NCBI GenBank assembly: GCA_001799715.1
Contig: MGTZ01000036.1
Location: 54,226 to 118,225 of the forward strand
From: Elusimicrobia bacterium GWB2_63_16
Lineage (GTDB): Bacteria; Elusimicrobiota; Elusimicrobia; Elusimicrobiales; UBA9959
DNA length: 64,000 nucleotides
Direction: 5' to 3'
In this document: piece after piece, positions 25,001 through 40,000 of the stretch
How positions within the stretch are numbered: the first letter of the stretch is position 1
Layout: each line of letters begins with the position of its first letter
Notes under the pieces: generated by a model
Databases searched by the model: none
What the model was told of the DNA's origin: nothing
The model's input: the letters and a program-made list of their open reading frames with translations, nothing else
Position numbers and translations under genes: made by a program

Positions 25001-28000
25001 ACTATAACTCCCTGCCGCGCCTGGGCGGCAACGCGCAGGACCCGCCCGGCGTAACGCCGCCCGCCGCGGGCGTCAGCAAGGTCTGGGCCGAGCTTTGCGC
25101 GCTCAACGGCGGCGACTCCGGCAAGTGCTGGGACAACGCCACCTCCGCCTTCACGGCCTCCTGGAACCAGGCCGGCAACCAGGCCGTCTATTACGTGGCG
25201 GTCTCCTCGTGGGAGTATACGGTCTCCTATCCCACCGCGGCCTACGTCAACGGCGTGCAGTACAGCGCGCGCGCCAAGTCGCTGGACAACACCTACGACA
25301 ACAGCGCGTTCGCCGGCACCGAGTCCGATTTCTCCGCGCCCAGCGTCTTCAGCTACGACGTCACGGCCCCGACCGCGGTGATCACCTCGGTTTCCCCGGG
25401 CCAGCGCCGCTCCGGCGTCAGCGTGGCCAGCGGCACGCTCTCCGAGGAGGCCGTGCTGGCCAACAGCGCCGGCTACCAGCCCGGCATGCAGGTACAGGGC
25501 GTCAAGGTGCGCCTGCGCGACAACGACCTGAACCTCTACTGGGACGGCTCCGGCTGGGGCGGCGACCCCGCCGTCTGGGCCGCGGCTGCCGTGCACCAGT
25601 CCTCCTGGTCCATGGCCGCGATGCCTACCTGGGCCCCCTCCGGTTCCTACACCCTCTGGGCCGAGGCGACCGACAAGGCCGGCAACGTGCAGACCGGCTT
25701 CGCCGGCAACGGTTCCTCCGTCACCTTCACCACCGACCGCACCGCGCCGCTGGTGGCCGTGCTGCTGCCCGCCGCCGACGGTAAAATAGCTTCCGTGGCC
25801 TCCGTCTCCGGCACCGCCAACGACCCGAACTGGACCACCAACTCCGGCATAGCCGGCGCCGCCAACGTGCAGGTGCAGGTCTCCTACCTGTCCGGCACGG
25901 TGACCTACTATTACGACAACGCCAACTCCTTCACGGAGACCGCGGCCTGGTGGCCTGCCAATACCTGGACCCCTCTGGGCCCCTCCTCCGGTACCTGGGT
26001 CTACAACCCCGCCGGTCTCTCCGCGGCCATGGTGCCCGACAAGGTCTACCGCTTCAGCGCCCGCGCGCAGGACAACGCCATCCCGGTGCCCAACCCCGCC
26101 GCGCTCGGCGACAACGCGGTCAGCAACGCGAACGTGATCTATGACGTCACCAAGCCCGTCTCCCGCGTCACCGACCCGCTCGACGGCGCCAAGCGGCGCA
26201 CGCTCGCGCTGATCTCCGGCACCGCGCAGGACAACCTGGCCGGTATCTCCACGCTGGGCCAGATCCGGGTCAGCATCTCGCAGCTCTCCCCGGGCACAGA
26301 CAAGTGGGACGGCCTCTACCCCGGCTCCTTCGCTCCCGGCGTCGAGGCTTTCCGCCCGCTCAGCGCGCCCTCGCTGGCCGCCTCCTATGACGGCACAGCC
26401 TGGGCCTTCAACGCCCCCACGCTGCAGGACGGCTACGTCTACCGCGTCGGCGTGCAGGCGCTCGACGACGTGACTCCGCCCAACACGGAGACGGCGGTAC
26501 AGTACGTCACCTTCACCTATGACACCACGCCGCCCGCGGCCGCTATCACCTACCCGGTGGCGCTGCCGGACTCCCGCGGCAACCTGAAGGCGCTGGCCGC
26601 CGTTTCCGGCACCGCTTTCGAGCAGTTCACCATCAAGTCGGCCTCGGTCTCCGTGCAGGAGGCCGACACCCTGTTCTACTACGACATTCAGACCTCCACG
26701 TTCAGCTCGGCCGCCCCGAAGTGGATAACCGCTACGGTCTCCGGCTCGGGCCCCAACTATACCTGGAGCGTCGCCGCGCCGCCGCTGACGGACAATAAAA
26801 ACTACAACATGCAGGTGCGGGCCGACGACGCGGCCGGCAACGAGCTGGTCCCGCCTTCGGCCACTACGATACGCTACGACGTGACCCCGCCGGTCTCGCA
26901 GGTCCTTGCCCCGGTGGACGGCGATTTCCTTAACCACCTGGCGGCCGTCACGGGCACCGCCTACGACCAGAAGTCCAACCCCTCCGGCCTGGCCGGTACG
27001 CAGATCAGGATACAGCGCACCAACGGCGACTACTGGAACGGCTCGACGTGGGGTTCGGAGGCCTGGCTGACCGCCGTCTCCGGCGCGCCGTGGATCAAGG
27101 CCGCCCAGCTGCCGCCCTCCGATAATTCCGCGGGCCTGCAGGACGGCGTGCTCTATACGCTGACCGCGCGCTCTTACGACGTGGCGGGCAACACGCAGAG
27201 CGTGATCCTGGCCGGCAATTCGTTCCGCTTCGACGTCTCCAGCCCCACCGCGAGCGTGCTGCTGCCGCAGAACGGGACCAGGTACGCCTCGCTGCCGCTG
27301 GTGTCCGGCACCGCCAGCGACTCCTTCAACGCGGACTTCCCGCGCCTGCGCGTTTACGACATGCCGCTCAACAAGTACTGGATGGACGGCACCGGCGACT
27401 GCGGCGGCATAGCCCTGCCCGGCTGGGTGGACTCGGCCTGCCCCGCCTTCCCGGAGATCTGGAACGTGGCCCTGGACTCCTCCTCCGTAGCCGGCGCCTT
27501 CACGTGGCGCTATGACTCTTCCGCCCTGCCCTGGCCCAACCGCGACAGCGAACTGCGCGTGGAAGCCAAGGCCCTCGACCGCGCCGGCAACTACTCGGTC
27601 GCCTCCTCCACGTTCAGCTTCGACGACGTGAGACCGGCCTCCCGCATCACCTACCCGCCCGCCGACGGGGTGTTCTATTCCTCCATGGCCGCCATCACCG
27701 GCACCTCGTACGATCTGACCTCGGCCATCAACGACGTGCGCATCCGTATCTGGTATCTGGCCGGCTCCGCCACCTATTACTGGCAGCCCACCGCCCCGCA
27801 CTGGTCCGCCTCCGACACCGGCTGGTGGTCCATCTCCGGCGCCCCCGGCTCCAAGGACACCACGAACCCGTGGTCTTATACCAACTCCGACTTTACTAAC
27901 CCCGGCGCCAACAATTTCGCCTGGCGCGAGGGTACGCACGACGGCGGCAACGGCAAGACCTTCTACGTCGTTACGCGCGCCGCCGACGCCACCACCAACC

Positions 28001-31000
28001 AGGAGGTGACGCTGAGCACCCGCAACTTCGTCTTCGATAACCTGCCGCCGGTCTCCGCGCCGGTGCAGCCCGGCGTGGATACCGCCTATAATAATCTGCC
28101 GCTGATCTGGGGCACTTCGGTGGACGCCTCCACCTCGGTGGCTTCCGTCAAGATCTCCATCCTCAGCGAGGACCATGCCGGCGGGGCAAAGTACTTCGAC
28201 GGCTCGGCGTTCGCGGTCGCCGGCGAGACCTGGCTGCCCATCGTGCAGTCCAACCTGTATCCCTCTTCCTGGACCTACACCAACGGCCTGCTGGCCTTCT
28301 CCACCGGCCAGCACTACGTGATCAAATCCTCGGCCACGGACTTCATCGGCAACGTACAGAATATCCTCGGGGCGTCCCGCTTCCTTTTCGACCAGACCGA
28401 GCCTCAGTCCTCCGTGCTGGTTCCCGCCAACTCGGTAGTGCGCGAGGACGACGCCACGCTGGTGGGCGGTTATTCCGACCCCGGCTTCACCTCCGGCATA
28501 GACGGGAACGGTTCCGGCGTGTACCCGAGCCTGCCGTGGCACCGCGGCGAGGTGGAGATAGCCGTGTTCCGCGACACCGCTCCCTACATGAGCGGCTCCG
28601 GCCCGCTGATCTACGGCGCGGGCACCGGCTGGGACGATTCCGGCTACTTCTGGAACGGCTCCACCTGGTCCGCGGTCTCCGGCGGCCCCCTGTGGGTGGG
28701 CGCGCAGTTCGACCCGCCCAACTGGCAGTACGCCGGCCTGGTCTGCGACGACGACGCCGAGCGCGCCGCGCATACCTGCTGGCGCCGCGGCGACGCCTAC
28801 GTCTCCTGGGTGAGGGTCACCGACAACGCCGGCGTAACGCAGACCAGCCTGGTGCAGGGGCCTAAGTTCTACATCGCCGCCCCGGCCAAGAGCTTCCTCG
28901 TCAGCGTGGCGCCCGCGGACAACCCGATGGACGCCGGCGAGATCGTCAACGTGACCGTGGAGGCCAAGGACGCCAACGGCGGCGCCGGCGAGACGGCCCG
29001 CGCCTATATCGGCACGGTCACCTTCCACATGGACCTGCCCGCCGACGGCCCCGAGGTGATGGGCAGCGACGACGCCAACGCCATCGACGAGGCGCACGGC
29101 CTCCCCGTGCAGTACAAATTCGAGACCGGCGACTACGGCCTGCGCACCTTCCAGATGCGCCTGCGCAAGAGCGGCAACCGCGTGATGAGCGTCGTGGACC
29201 TGTACACCCCCAGCATCAACGGCACGCTGGCCGCCATGGTCAACACGATACCGGCCGAGAACGTCCAGGTGATAGCCGACTACGACCCCGCCGGAGAGCT
29301 GCCCGCGCCCGGCACCCAGAGCGGCAAGACCGGCGCGCCCCGCGGCAAGCTGGCCGGCGCCAGCGTCCCCTTCCTGGTGCAGGTGACCGACAAGTACTGG
29401 AACCTCGTGCCCTCCTCTTCGGTCGTTCTGAACGTTTCCGACACGGACAACAATAATTCCGCGGTAAGCCCCGACGGTCCGCTGTCCTTTACCAGCTCCG
29501 TGACCGTCAACCGGATCTTCGTCTCGGCCGACGACGTGGGCTGGAACCTGGACGTATCCGGAGCCGTCTCCAGCAAGGTGAGGATAACGCCCAACACGGC
29601 CAAGGGCCTGCTCGCGCTGATGCCCGGAGAGACCCGCAACCAGGGTAAGTACACCGTGGAGCCCAAGGGCAAGGACGGCCAGGTGGCGGACCAGCTGGCC
29701 GGCTCCACGTTCACCGTCCGGGTCTACGCCGTGGACGCCTACTACAATACCGACGTCTCCACCTCCTTCCCGGTCACCGTCGACATCGTCACCGACCGCT
29801 ACGAGATCAACCCCGCCACCGGCACGCTCCTGACCGGCGCTACGGAGTTCGTCTTCTCCCCGGTAGTGGCCGGCACGCACACCGTCAAGGCCCAGAAAGC
29901 GGCCCCGCAGTACCTGGCCGGCGGCACCTCGTATTACATCACGCCGAATACCTTCAGGGCCTGGTGGAACCGGCCGGCCAACCTGCACCTGCTCGCGCCC
30001 GGCCAGTACCTGGAGCCCGGCCTGCCCCCGTACACGTCCGACCCGTCCGGCGGCGGCAAGACCGGCTCGCCTACCGGCCTGGAGGCCGGCGCCACCGTGC
30101 AGATGCGCGTCTACCTGACCGACAACTACTATAACGTTGTGAGCGGCACCACGCCTTTCATGGCGGTCTCGTCCAATACGCCGCAGGTGCAGATAGACTT
30201 CCTCAACGACCCCAACATCCAGCTGCGCGGCGTGCCCCCGTATCCCACCGGCTACCGCCGCAGCCTTATCGCCGGCGCTACCACTTTCAGCGTCGTGCCG
30301 GTCACGCGCAACCAGGCCCCCGGCCTGTCGGTCAGGGTGACCGATACCGGCCTGACCGGCACTTTCTTCAGCACCGATACGGTGACCGGCATCGTGGTCG
30401 ACCCCGCCCCCGCCAGGCACCTGCTGCTGCTCGTGCCTACCGAGACCCCCGCCGAAGGCGAGATAGGGGGGGAGAGCGGAACGGCCGGACCCCTGACGGC
30501 CGGCACCACCTATACCCTCACGGTGCGTTCCGTGGACGATTTCGGCAACCTGGCCAACGACGGGCGCGAGGTCAGGATCTATTCCAACGACATTTACGCG
30601 GTGCACCCGCCGCCGCAGTCCCTGGCCAACGGCATCGCCATCATAGCCGGCTTCGTGCCCAGCGCCGCCACCTCCAACCTGGTGATCGACGCCGTGGACA
30701 ACGGCAATACCGAGCCGAAGCTCTCCACCAGCACCGATTCCGGCATCATCGTGACTCCGGGGGCGGCTTCGCGCCTGATCGTGCTGCTGCCCACCCAGAG
30801 CCTGGTGCCCGGTAAAGTGGTCGCGCCCTACGGAGTGGAGGGGGCCATCTCCACTCAGACCGCCGGCGTCTACTTCGACGCGCAGATCTACGCCGCCGAC
30901 TCGCGCTATAACAGGGTGACCGACAGCGCCCTGGACAAGACGATGGTCGTCACGACCAACGATCCTTTCGCGGCCTCGCTCGGCACCTACAGCATGATAG

Positions 31001-34000
31001 ACGGCAGCGCGACGGTGAACAATATCGCCCTGCGCACGGCCGGCGCCAGGGTCATAACGGCGGCCGACCAGAGCGGCGCGCTGGGCAGCACGCCCAGCGG
31101 CGGCTTCCTGCTGGTCCCGAACACGCCCACCAAGCTCCGCGCGATGATAGAGGGGGAGGACCGGGAGCCCGGGTCCACCGGAGACGGCCGCTCAGGCTCG
31201 CCCGAAGGCCAGCAGGCCGGCTTCCCGTTCACGGTCACGGTGGACATCACCGACTCTTTCTGGAACCTGACGCCCGGCGCCAGCCAGGAGATACGCCTCA
31301 TCTCCGACGACCCCGCGGCCACGATCGTGCCCGCCTCGCAGATCATTACCGGCTCCGCCACGTTCACCGTCACTCCGATCCGGGCCGGCAGCACCGTGCT
31401 GCGCGCCGAGGCCGTATCGCCCGGCGTGCCGGGCAGCCCGCTCGGGACCGCGGTTTTCGACATAGCCACTACCGTCAGCGTGGCGCCCGGCGTGCCCAAG
31501 CGCCTGCTGCTGCTGCTGCCGGGAGAGTCCTTCAGCCAGGGCTCGGCCACCGGCAAGTCCGGAAACGCCGAGGATACCACGGCGGGCAGCACCGACTTCA
31601 AGGTGCGCGTCGGCGTGGTGGACGACTATTTCAACCTGGTGTCGGGCAGACCCGTCGACGTCAAAGTGAACACTCCTACGGACGCCTACGCCCCCGCGGT
31701 CAGCACGGTGGCGGTGGATACGGCTTTCGGCTATACCGACCTGATCTACTTCCAGATGCGCAGGGCCGCCACTCATTACCTGACCGCGTCCGACTTCGGA
31801 GCTTCCGGCCTCTCGGACGATCCCAAGTCCTCCACGTTCACCGTGCATCCCGCGGCCCCGCTGGGCCTGCAGATAGTGCTGCCCGGCGAGATCGCGCTGC
31901 CGGGCTCCGGCGCCTACCCCAACGGCGGCAAGGCGCTCACCGCCTCCACGCAGACGGCCGGCACCGGTTTCAGCGCCACCGTGAACCTGGTGGACCAGTA
32001 TATGAACGTCTACCAGGGGCTCTCGGTGGGCCCGACCGTCTACCTCGTCACCTCGGACCTCTATGACATAGACCCCGACAGCGCCCCGCTCAATTACGGC
32101 ACGCTGCAGGTGCCGCTTAACCTGGTCACGCGGGCCAGTGCCGCCAGCGTAAAGGCCTACCCCGTCTCCGGGGCCGACAACCTGGTCTGCAGCGGCAACC
32201 CCGGCGGGCTCTGCCGCAACGACGACGCGGCGGCGAAGGACTCCTTCAAGGTCTACGCCTCCACCGCGGTGCGGCTGGAGGTCGTGCTCCCCGGCCAGAC
32301 GCTGGTGGAGGGCAAGTGCGCGGTCAGTCCGCCGTGCAAGAGCTCTGCCCTGACCTGGCCCGGCCGCAGCGGCCCTCCTGCGGAGCATACTATCGGCGCC
32401 GGCGCGCTGTTCGCCAACGTTTACCTGACCGACATGTTCTATAACAGGGCCACGGACGCGGTAGGAGCGGCCCAGAACACGAACCCGGTGGCCGTGATGC
32501 CGGAGGTCCGGCTGACGATGCCCAGCGACTCGAAAACCACCGCGCCCGCGCCGCAGACCCTTTCCAACGGCAGCTCGGTCTTCTCGCTCGACCCGCGCAC
32601 CTCCATCAGCACGTACACCGTGCTGGCGGCCACCACGACGGCTTCCGCGGCCGGTTACAGCGCCGGCATCTCCACGCTGGCCGTCAACCCCGGTCCGGCG
32701 GCCAGTATGGCGATGACCGTGGCCTCCACCTACGCGGTGGCCGGCGTGCCGTTCTCCGCCCAGCTCTACGTACTGGACGCCTACGGCAACGTCTGCTCCA
32801 CCGGCCCCAACGTCTACCTGGGCACGGCCACCTTCGTCGTCACCGACCAGGTCAGCCTGCTGCAGGACCCGGCGCTCGCCGCGCCGACCACGGCCTATTA
32901 CTCCTACGACTTCGGCGTCAAGACGCTGACCAACTGGTTCACGCTGAAGAAGGCCGGCCCCGACACTGTTTCCGCGCACGACTCGCTGCTGCCGGCCATC
33001 GCCGTGACCCCGCCGCTGGAAATGTACGTGCTGCCCGGCCTGCCCAGCGTGTACCGCGTTTCTCCCACCAGCGACCTGGAGGTTCCCGCCGGTACGCTGC
33101 TGTCCCCCGGCCTGCAGGAGCTCACCGCGCAGCTGACCGACGCTTTCGACAACAACATCTCCTCGGCCGGCCTGCCGGCGCAGGTCATGATGGGCGAGGT
33201 GTACGGCTCCACCGGCACGCTGGTCTATTATGACGGCGCCGCCTGGCTGGATGTCGGCGTTTCCACGCTGGTCTACACGGATAGCCAGGGCCGCGTGGGC
33301 GTCTCCACGGAGATCGCCTATCAGGTCTCCAGCAAGGCCGGGGACTGGGCCAGGGTCTGGATCGGCACCACCACGCTGAATCCCGCTTCTTACGCCACCT
33401 ACGCGTCGGCCAGGCAGAACATCAGCGGCCGGCTGACCACCACCGGCGGCACGCCCACCAAGCTGGTCTATATTTCCAGCCAGGCGGAGGCGCTGGTCGG
33501 TATACAGGAAATGGCGGCGGTGGGCGCCGCGTTCACGGTGGAGCGCCGCGACGACTTCGACAACATCACCAAGCAGGGCGAGACCGGCGTCTACCTGAGC
33601 ATCCCGTCCGAGCAGCAGACGGTGCATACCGGCCTGGGCCGCACGCTGGCCACTTTCGGCAACATCGGCGACTACGGTTTCCGCGACGAGTTCGACACGC
33701 AGTTCGTCAACGCGGTCATCATCCCGCCCAATAAGACGTCCGCCAAGTTCCGCTACCACGACAGGACCTCGTCCTATTCCGGCACCTCGCCGGCCGCCAA
33801 TACCTACGAGGACGGCAGGCCCGGCTACTGGCAGCTGGAGGCCCGCTCGGGCACGATGCAGCCGGCCATACACCAGCTGCGCGTCAACCCGGCGCAGGTC
33901 GCCCGCGTGGCCTTCGGCAACGACCCCAGGTCCATGACGGCCGGCAAGCTGACCGACAGGTTCGGCGAACTGCAGGTCTTCAGGGCCGAGCTGCGCGACA

Positions 34001-37000
34001 TGTTCGACAACCCGTCCGTCTCCACCGCCGCGGTGCAGGTGCTGCTATCCACGTTCACCCGCCAGCCCTCGCTGATCAACGATTCTGTCCATTTCGCGTC
34101 GGCCAGCGCTCTGTCCGGCGCCTTCCCGCCGGTCTTCGCCTCCACGGTATCCGTGGTCGATATCCCGCTGGACGGCTACACGGCCACGTTCTACTACCTC
34201 GACACCACCGCTTCTTCGGTCTACGCTTCCTCGATGACGCCGGTACGCCCCATAATAAAAGTTGAGGTGCCGGAGCGCGAGGGCTGGTCCTCCTCCACGC
34301 AGTCCGTCACCGTCATGCCGGACCTGACCTACCGCGTGAACGTAAGCTCCAACGCCGGGCAGACCCTCACGGCCGGCGCGACGTCGCAGGTCTTCCTGCT
34401 GTCCGTGGAGGACCATTACGGTAACCCGACCCCCGTGGCCAGCGGCCAGGAGGACGCCGTCGGGGCGGGCATAACCTTCTCGCTGATCTCCAACTCGGCC
34501 GGCCAGGTGAAGTTCTCCTCGCCGGACCCCGGCGCCTTCGCGGCGCAGCCAGGTTCGGCCAAGATGCAGCTAGGGGAGGCCACCACCAGCTTCTACCTTA
34601 TCGACACGCTGGTTTCCGCCCCGACGCACCAGCTCTCCGTGAACACGGTGCAGGCTAAGGGCTGGCTGCCGGCCGTCTCGTCCTACACCGTGACGCCGGC
34701 CGCCCCCGACCACGTGGTCTTCCATACCCCGCCCCGCCGTCTGGTGGCCGGCACCACCGTGCAGTACGCCAATTACACCATCGGCCTCACCACCCCGACG
34801 CCGGTCACCGTGGCCCTGAAGGACGCGTACGATAATAACACGACCACCAATACGCAGGTCACCGTGCGCCTGTCGGCGGCGCGCAACAGCACCTACGGCG
34901 GCATAGACCCGTCCACCACCACCGTTTCCTCCAACCCGAGCTGGAAGCTGCTGAGCACGAACCCGCTGGACCTGGACATCCCGGCCGGCTACTCGTTCGC
35001 CAACTTCTACGTCTGGGACACCATAGTCGGCACCTCGGTGGTGAACGCCAACTCTTACATCGCCGCGGACAATATCACCCTGCCGCAGGTTTCCCAGGAC
35101 GTCTATATCACGCCCAGCACCGCGGCCTATTTCTCGCTGCACCACGGCTACACGCTGGCCAGCCCGCTGCGCGTGCAGACCCCCGGCTATGTTACGCTGC
35201 GGGCCAGGGACCAGTACGGCAACGTGGCGGCCGGCGACCCCGTAAACGGCAAGTATTATACGGGCAAGATCAACATGGTGACGAACTCCAAGGGTTCGGC
35301 CGACCTGCGCGACTATATAACCAATACGACCGACTACACCTTTGTGCCCGCCGACCGCGGCGAGCGCACGCTGATGATCTACGACACGATGGTGGAGACG
35401 CTGCGCGTCAACGTCACCGACTACAGCCTGCCGGGAGTCTTCGGCCACACCGCCGACAGTTCGCGCGGCCTGCCGCAGGGCTCCAGCGAGGACCTGGTCC
35501 TCTCCGGCCTGGTGATCACCCCGCGGGATTTCGCCCCCGAGGACCCGCTGCCCGTCTCGAAGACCTCCATCGGCATCAACAAGACCGCCATCTACCAGGG
35601 CGACGGCGTCATCGCCGACATCCCGGCCCCGGTGCCGATGCTGCGCCTCACCGTGCAGGCCCAGCCGGCCGGTTCGCCGCCGGCCTACCTGAAGTCGATG
35701 CAGCTCAAGAGCTCCGGCACGCTGGCCTATTCGGATATCATAGAGATCGGCATGTACGCCGACAACCCGTCCGCCGGCCAGCTGGGCCTCTTCGACGGCG
35801 AGACCGTGCTGGGCGGCGCGCCCGTGGACATCTTCATGTCGAGCGGCACCTGGGACTCCGGGCTGATGGGCTGGAAGTTCGAAGACCTGAACACCAAGGT
35901 CTCCACCGCCGCGATAGTTTCCGACGTGGCCAGGAACTTCTTCTTCGCGGTGCGCATGTCCACCGTGGCCGCCACGCCGCGCAGTTTCGCCATCGCGCTG
36001 GATAACCCGTCGTTCGTGGTGCTCAGCTCCACGTTCGTCGGCGTCGCGTACAACAATTTCCCGATAGTCACCGCCACCTCCCCGGTGCGGAACCAGCCCG
36101 CCACGATCATGGTGCAGGGCGAGGATATCGGCGCCTGGTGGCAGGCGGGCGTGGACGCCGGGCAGTACGATTACGTGGAACAGGGCACCGAGCGCGCCGG
36201 CTTCCTGGCGATCCGCGCCTGGACGGATAACTTCATCGGCACGATCAAGTCCTTCAAGATCATTAAGACCGGCACCGGTTCCGGGCAGGACCTCAAGAGC
36301 GTGCGCCTGTTCCTCGACGACGGCGACGGCGAATTCGGCCAGGCCATCGATAAAGAGGTCACGGACCCGGCCAACCCGCCCACATTCAACCCTGCCGACC
36401 CCGGCACCTACGTGCTGCCGCTCTATAACCCGGGGGTGGACGGAGCCATATCGATAAGCACCCGCACTTACTTCGTGGTCTACGAGTTCCAGCCCGACGC
36501 GGTCCCCAACATGACGCACGGCGCGCGCCTGGAGAACTCAGGCATCAGCCTGATAGACGGCGTCGTCGGGGCCTTCACGCCGGTGGCTTCTTCCACCGTG
36601 CCGCTGTACGCCACCGCGGACCTGGTCTACCTGGTGGACGTCAACAGGTCGGCCCCGAACGACTTCAGCAAGCCTTCTTTCGTCACGCAGAACGACATCA
36701 ATAAGCCGGTGGCCCGCCTGACGATGAAGATCACCGATTCGATCGGTTCCGCGGTCTGGCGCGGCCTGAAGCTGGACCGCTGGGTTACCGCCGCCGAGAA
36801 TGGCAATACCGAGGCCTGGAACATGGTCACCGACGTAAAGCGCATCAGCCTCTGGTATGATTCCACCGGAGACGGCCTGCTGCAGACCACCACCACGGTC
36901 AAGGATACCGAGGTGGTGCTGCTGGGCGCCAACACCCGCAACTTCCCGTACGACACCCTGAAGGCGCCGCTGGTCTCCACCGACACGGTCATCCGCGTCA

Positions 37001-40000
37001 CCGACATACAGAAATTCTTCCCGTCCGACAGCCCGTTCCCGATGGCGCCCGGCCGCCTGATCATCAACGACGCCCAGCCCGATCCCGCGCAGAAGGAAGT
37101 CGTCTACTACGGTTCCGTGGACGTGCTGACCAACTCCTTCGGCAATCTGACGCGCGGTGCCGAGGGCACGGCCCAGGTGGAGTGGTCCAGCGGCACCGTG
37201 ATCTCGGGCCAGGCCGTGCTGCCGCTGATCGGCGACGGCAGCAGCCTCGACGGCCAGGTGATCTTCTCCGAGTCCCGCGACTACTTCATCACCTACGATA
37301 TAGACCCGCTGGCCAACGTGTCCAACTTCTCGTACCTCGGCATGGCCATACGCAGCACGGACTATTTCCTGATCGACGCGCCCAAGATGATGAGCCAGTC
37401 CAACGTGGGCGTGACCGCCCCCGGCAAGACGCTGTCGCTGGTGGGCCGAGTCAATGAGTACGCCGACTCCGTCATCGTGACCGCCTCTGACACGTTCACC
37501 GGCGACAACCTGCAGCAGCAGGCCGTCAACCAGCCGATACTCGACTTCACGATGTCCACCGACGTGTCCGACGCGATGTGGCGCTGGATGCTGGTCTACG
37601 CCACCGGCACGGCGATCAAGGACGGCACGGCCGTGCCCGACGTCTCGGCAGTGAAGATCTGGTACGACAAGGACAATAACGGCTTCCTGGGCGGCATAGA
37701 CGAGCAGGTGGGCACCGGCACCTTCGGCAACACTATCTACGGCCCGCTGGTGGCCAGGGTTTCGCTCTCCCAGGAGCAGCGCATCGTGACCGCGCAGAAG
37801 GCCGCGATCGACAATATCTCCAGGCGCTACTTCCTGACCTACGACATCAGGGACTCGGCCATGCCCAACGACGCGCTGGGCAACCCGCGCTACCTGGGCG
37901 CTTATCTCAAGGCGGAGTCCTTCCCGCAGGGCAGCCCGAGCTTCGACGACGCGTCCAAGAACGCGCTGTCGCTGCCCAACAAGTTCCTCCCCGACGACTC
38001 CAACCTGACCTACGTCTCCAGGGTCCGCGAGATCATCTCCTCGCCCAGCACCGTTACGGTGAATACCGAGCCGGTCTTCGCCTTCGAGGGCGGCGCCTCT
38101 TTCCCGAACCTGCGCCTGACGCAGGACGTGGTCAGCCCCGGACCGATGGACGCCGCCTGGCTGGTGACCTCCACCGCCGGCATCCCGTCTTCGGGTTACG
38201 CGATGGTGGACAACGAGATCGTGCAGTACGCGGGCACCGCGGCCGGCGCGCTGACGATGGTCACGCGCGGCGTCTTCAGCACGCCGGTGGTGGCCCACTC
38301 CTCGGGCGCCGCGCTGGGCGGCATGGTGCGGCAGGGCTGGGGCAACTACCCGTTCATGAAGATGACGCTGCTGACGGCCGGCTACGGCGTGCGCTGGCGC
38401 GGCTTCAGGCTCTCGCGCAGGCAGCCTTCCGGTCTGAACGGTTACGACTCCGACGTCAGCATGGTCAAGGTCTGGAAGGACAACGGCAACGGCATCTTCG
38501 ACCGCGACCCCGTGACCGGCATGAACACTTCCGACGTGCTGGTGGGCAGCGGCCGCTTCGGCGAGGCCGACCCGGTGGGCAAAGCCACCATTTACGTGGC
38601 CGACCCGGCCCTGGCCAACCAGGACTACGTCGTGGTCAGCGCCACCCCGACCATAGTCTTCGTCACGATGGACGTGGACCGCGCCTCCAGGTTCTCGCAC
38701 GAGCTGCTTACGCCGCAGAACGACGTGCTGGGCGTGGAGGTGCCGTTCGAGAGCAACTTCCTCTTCGGGCCCGACAACTCCGGCCACGTCGCCGATTTCC
38801 TTAATCCCGCCGCCAGCGCCATGACCGCGGTGATGCCCACGCTCAACGACGTCACCCTGGAACCCGAGGATATCTCGCCCGTGGCGGCCGTGCAGAACGA
38901 CAAGAACGTCGGCCTGCTGGCCCTGCACATGAAGGTCGACAAGACCTCGGCGCTGCTCGAGGCTATCAAGCTGCGCCGCCTGGGCACCGCCGCGGACTCC
39001 GACATAGACCTCATCAAGGTCTGGAGGGACTCCAACGACAACTGCATCCTGGACTCCGTGGACGTGGCCTCCACCTCGGCCGGCCTGTATCCGAACCTGA
39101 TGAGCTACGGCAACGAAGCCTACTCTTCCAGCACCATCAATATTGCGCTCAAGACGCCTATCGTCATCACGACTACGCCGTCCTGCGCCTTCATCAGCTA
39201 CGACCTCTCGCAGTTCGCCATCGTGGGCTCCACCACGGCGCTGAACCTGGGCGGCATCGCGGACCTGACTATCGGCATCCCCAACACGGTCACGATGACC
39301 ACGTGGCCGGTGAATACGATGCCGATCAAGATAGAGGAAATCCCGTCCGACGTCAAGCTGGGCGCCAACGACATGGCGGCCGCGCTGCTGCAGTCCGGCG
39401 GCGTGGGCCAGGCCCAGGTGAGCGTGCCGATGCTGCGCTTCAACCTGACCACCGAGGCCGGCAACGCCCGCTGGAGCGCGGTCAAGGTGCAGCGCACCGG
39501 CGCCTCCAACGACCCGAACGCGCCTTTCGGCAAGAACACGGACGTGAAGTTCGTGTCCATCTACCAGGACTCCAACCAGAACGACACGCTGGACGTCAAC
39601 GACATCAATATTTCCGAGGCCCGCACCAAGCTGGCGGTGCCGCTCTCGTCCACGGTCACGGTGCCGTTCCAGCTGGTGCTGGACTCGACCGCCGGCTTCC
39701 CCGTCTCCGGGCGCCTCTACGTCAGCGACGCCGAACTGATGACCTACAGCGGCAGCGGCCTCTCCGCCTCCGGCAAGCCGTACCTGAACGTCACCTACCG
39801 GGGCGAGCGCCTCGGCGACTTTATCACGCCGCTGATCAATCACCCCGCCGGCGCCCGGGTGCGCAAGGTGGACCTGTTCGACCAGGATAACGCCCTGAAC
39901 ACGCAGATCACGGTCAGTCTGGCCCAGACGCAGACGCTCAGCCCGCTGGCCCAGACCTTCTTCGCCGTCTACGATATCGGCGAAATGGCCGTGAAGGCCA

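Noticed and set aside
23503-30606. Very long antisense ORFs inside the giant gene (2367 aa here; 1923 aa at 36538-42309; others over 500 aa)
   Set aside because: Shadow ORFs. GC-rich sense codons rarely use TTA/CTA/TCA, so the mirrored frame lacks stops. The translations are R/G/V-rich with no motifs.
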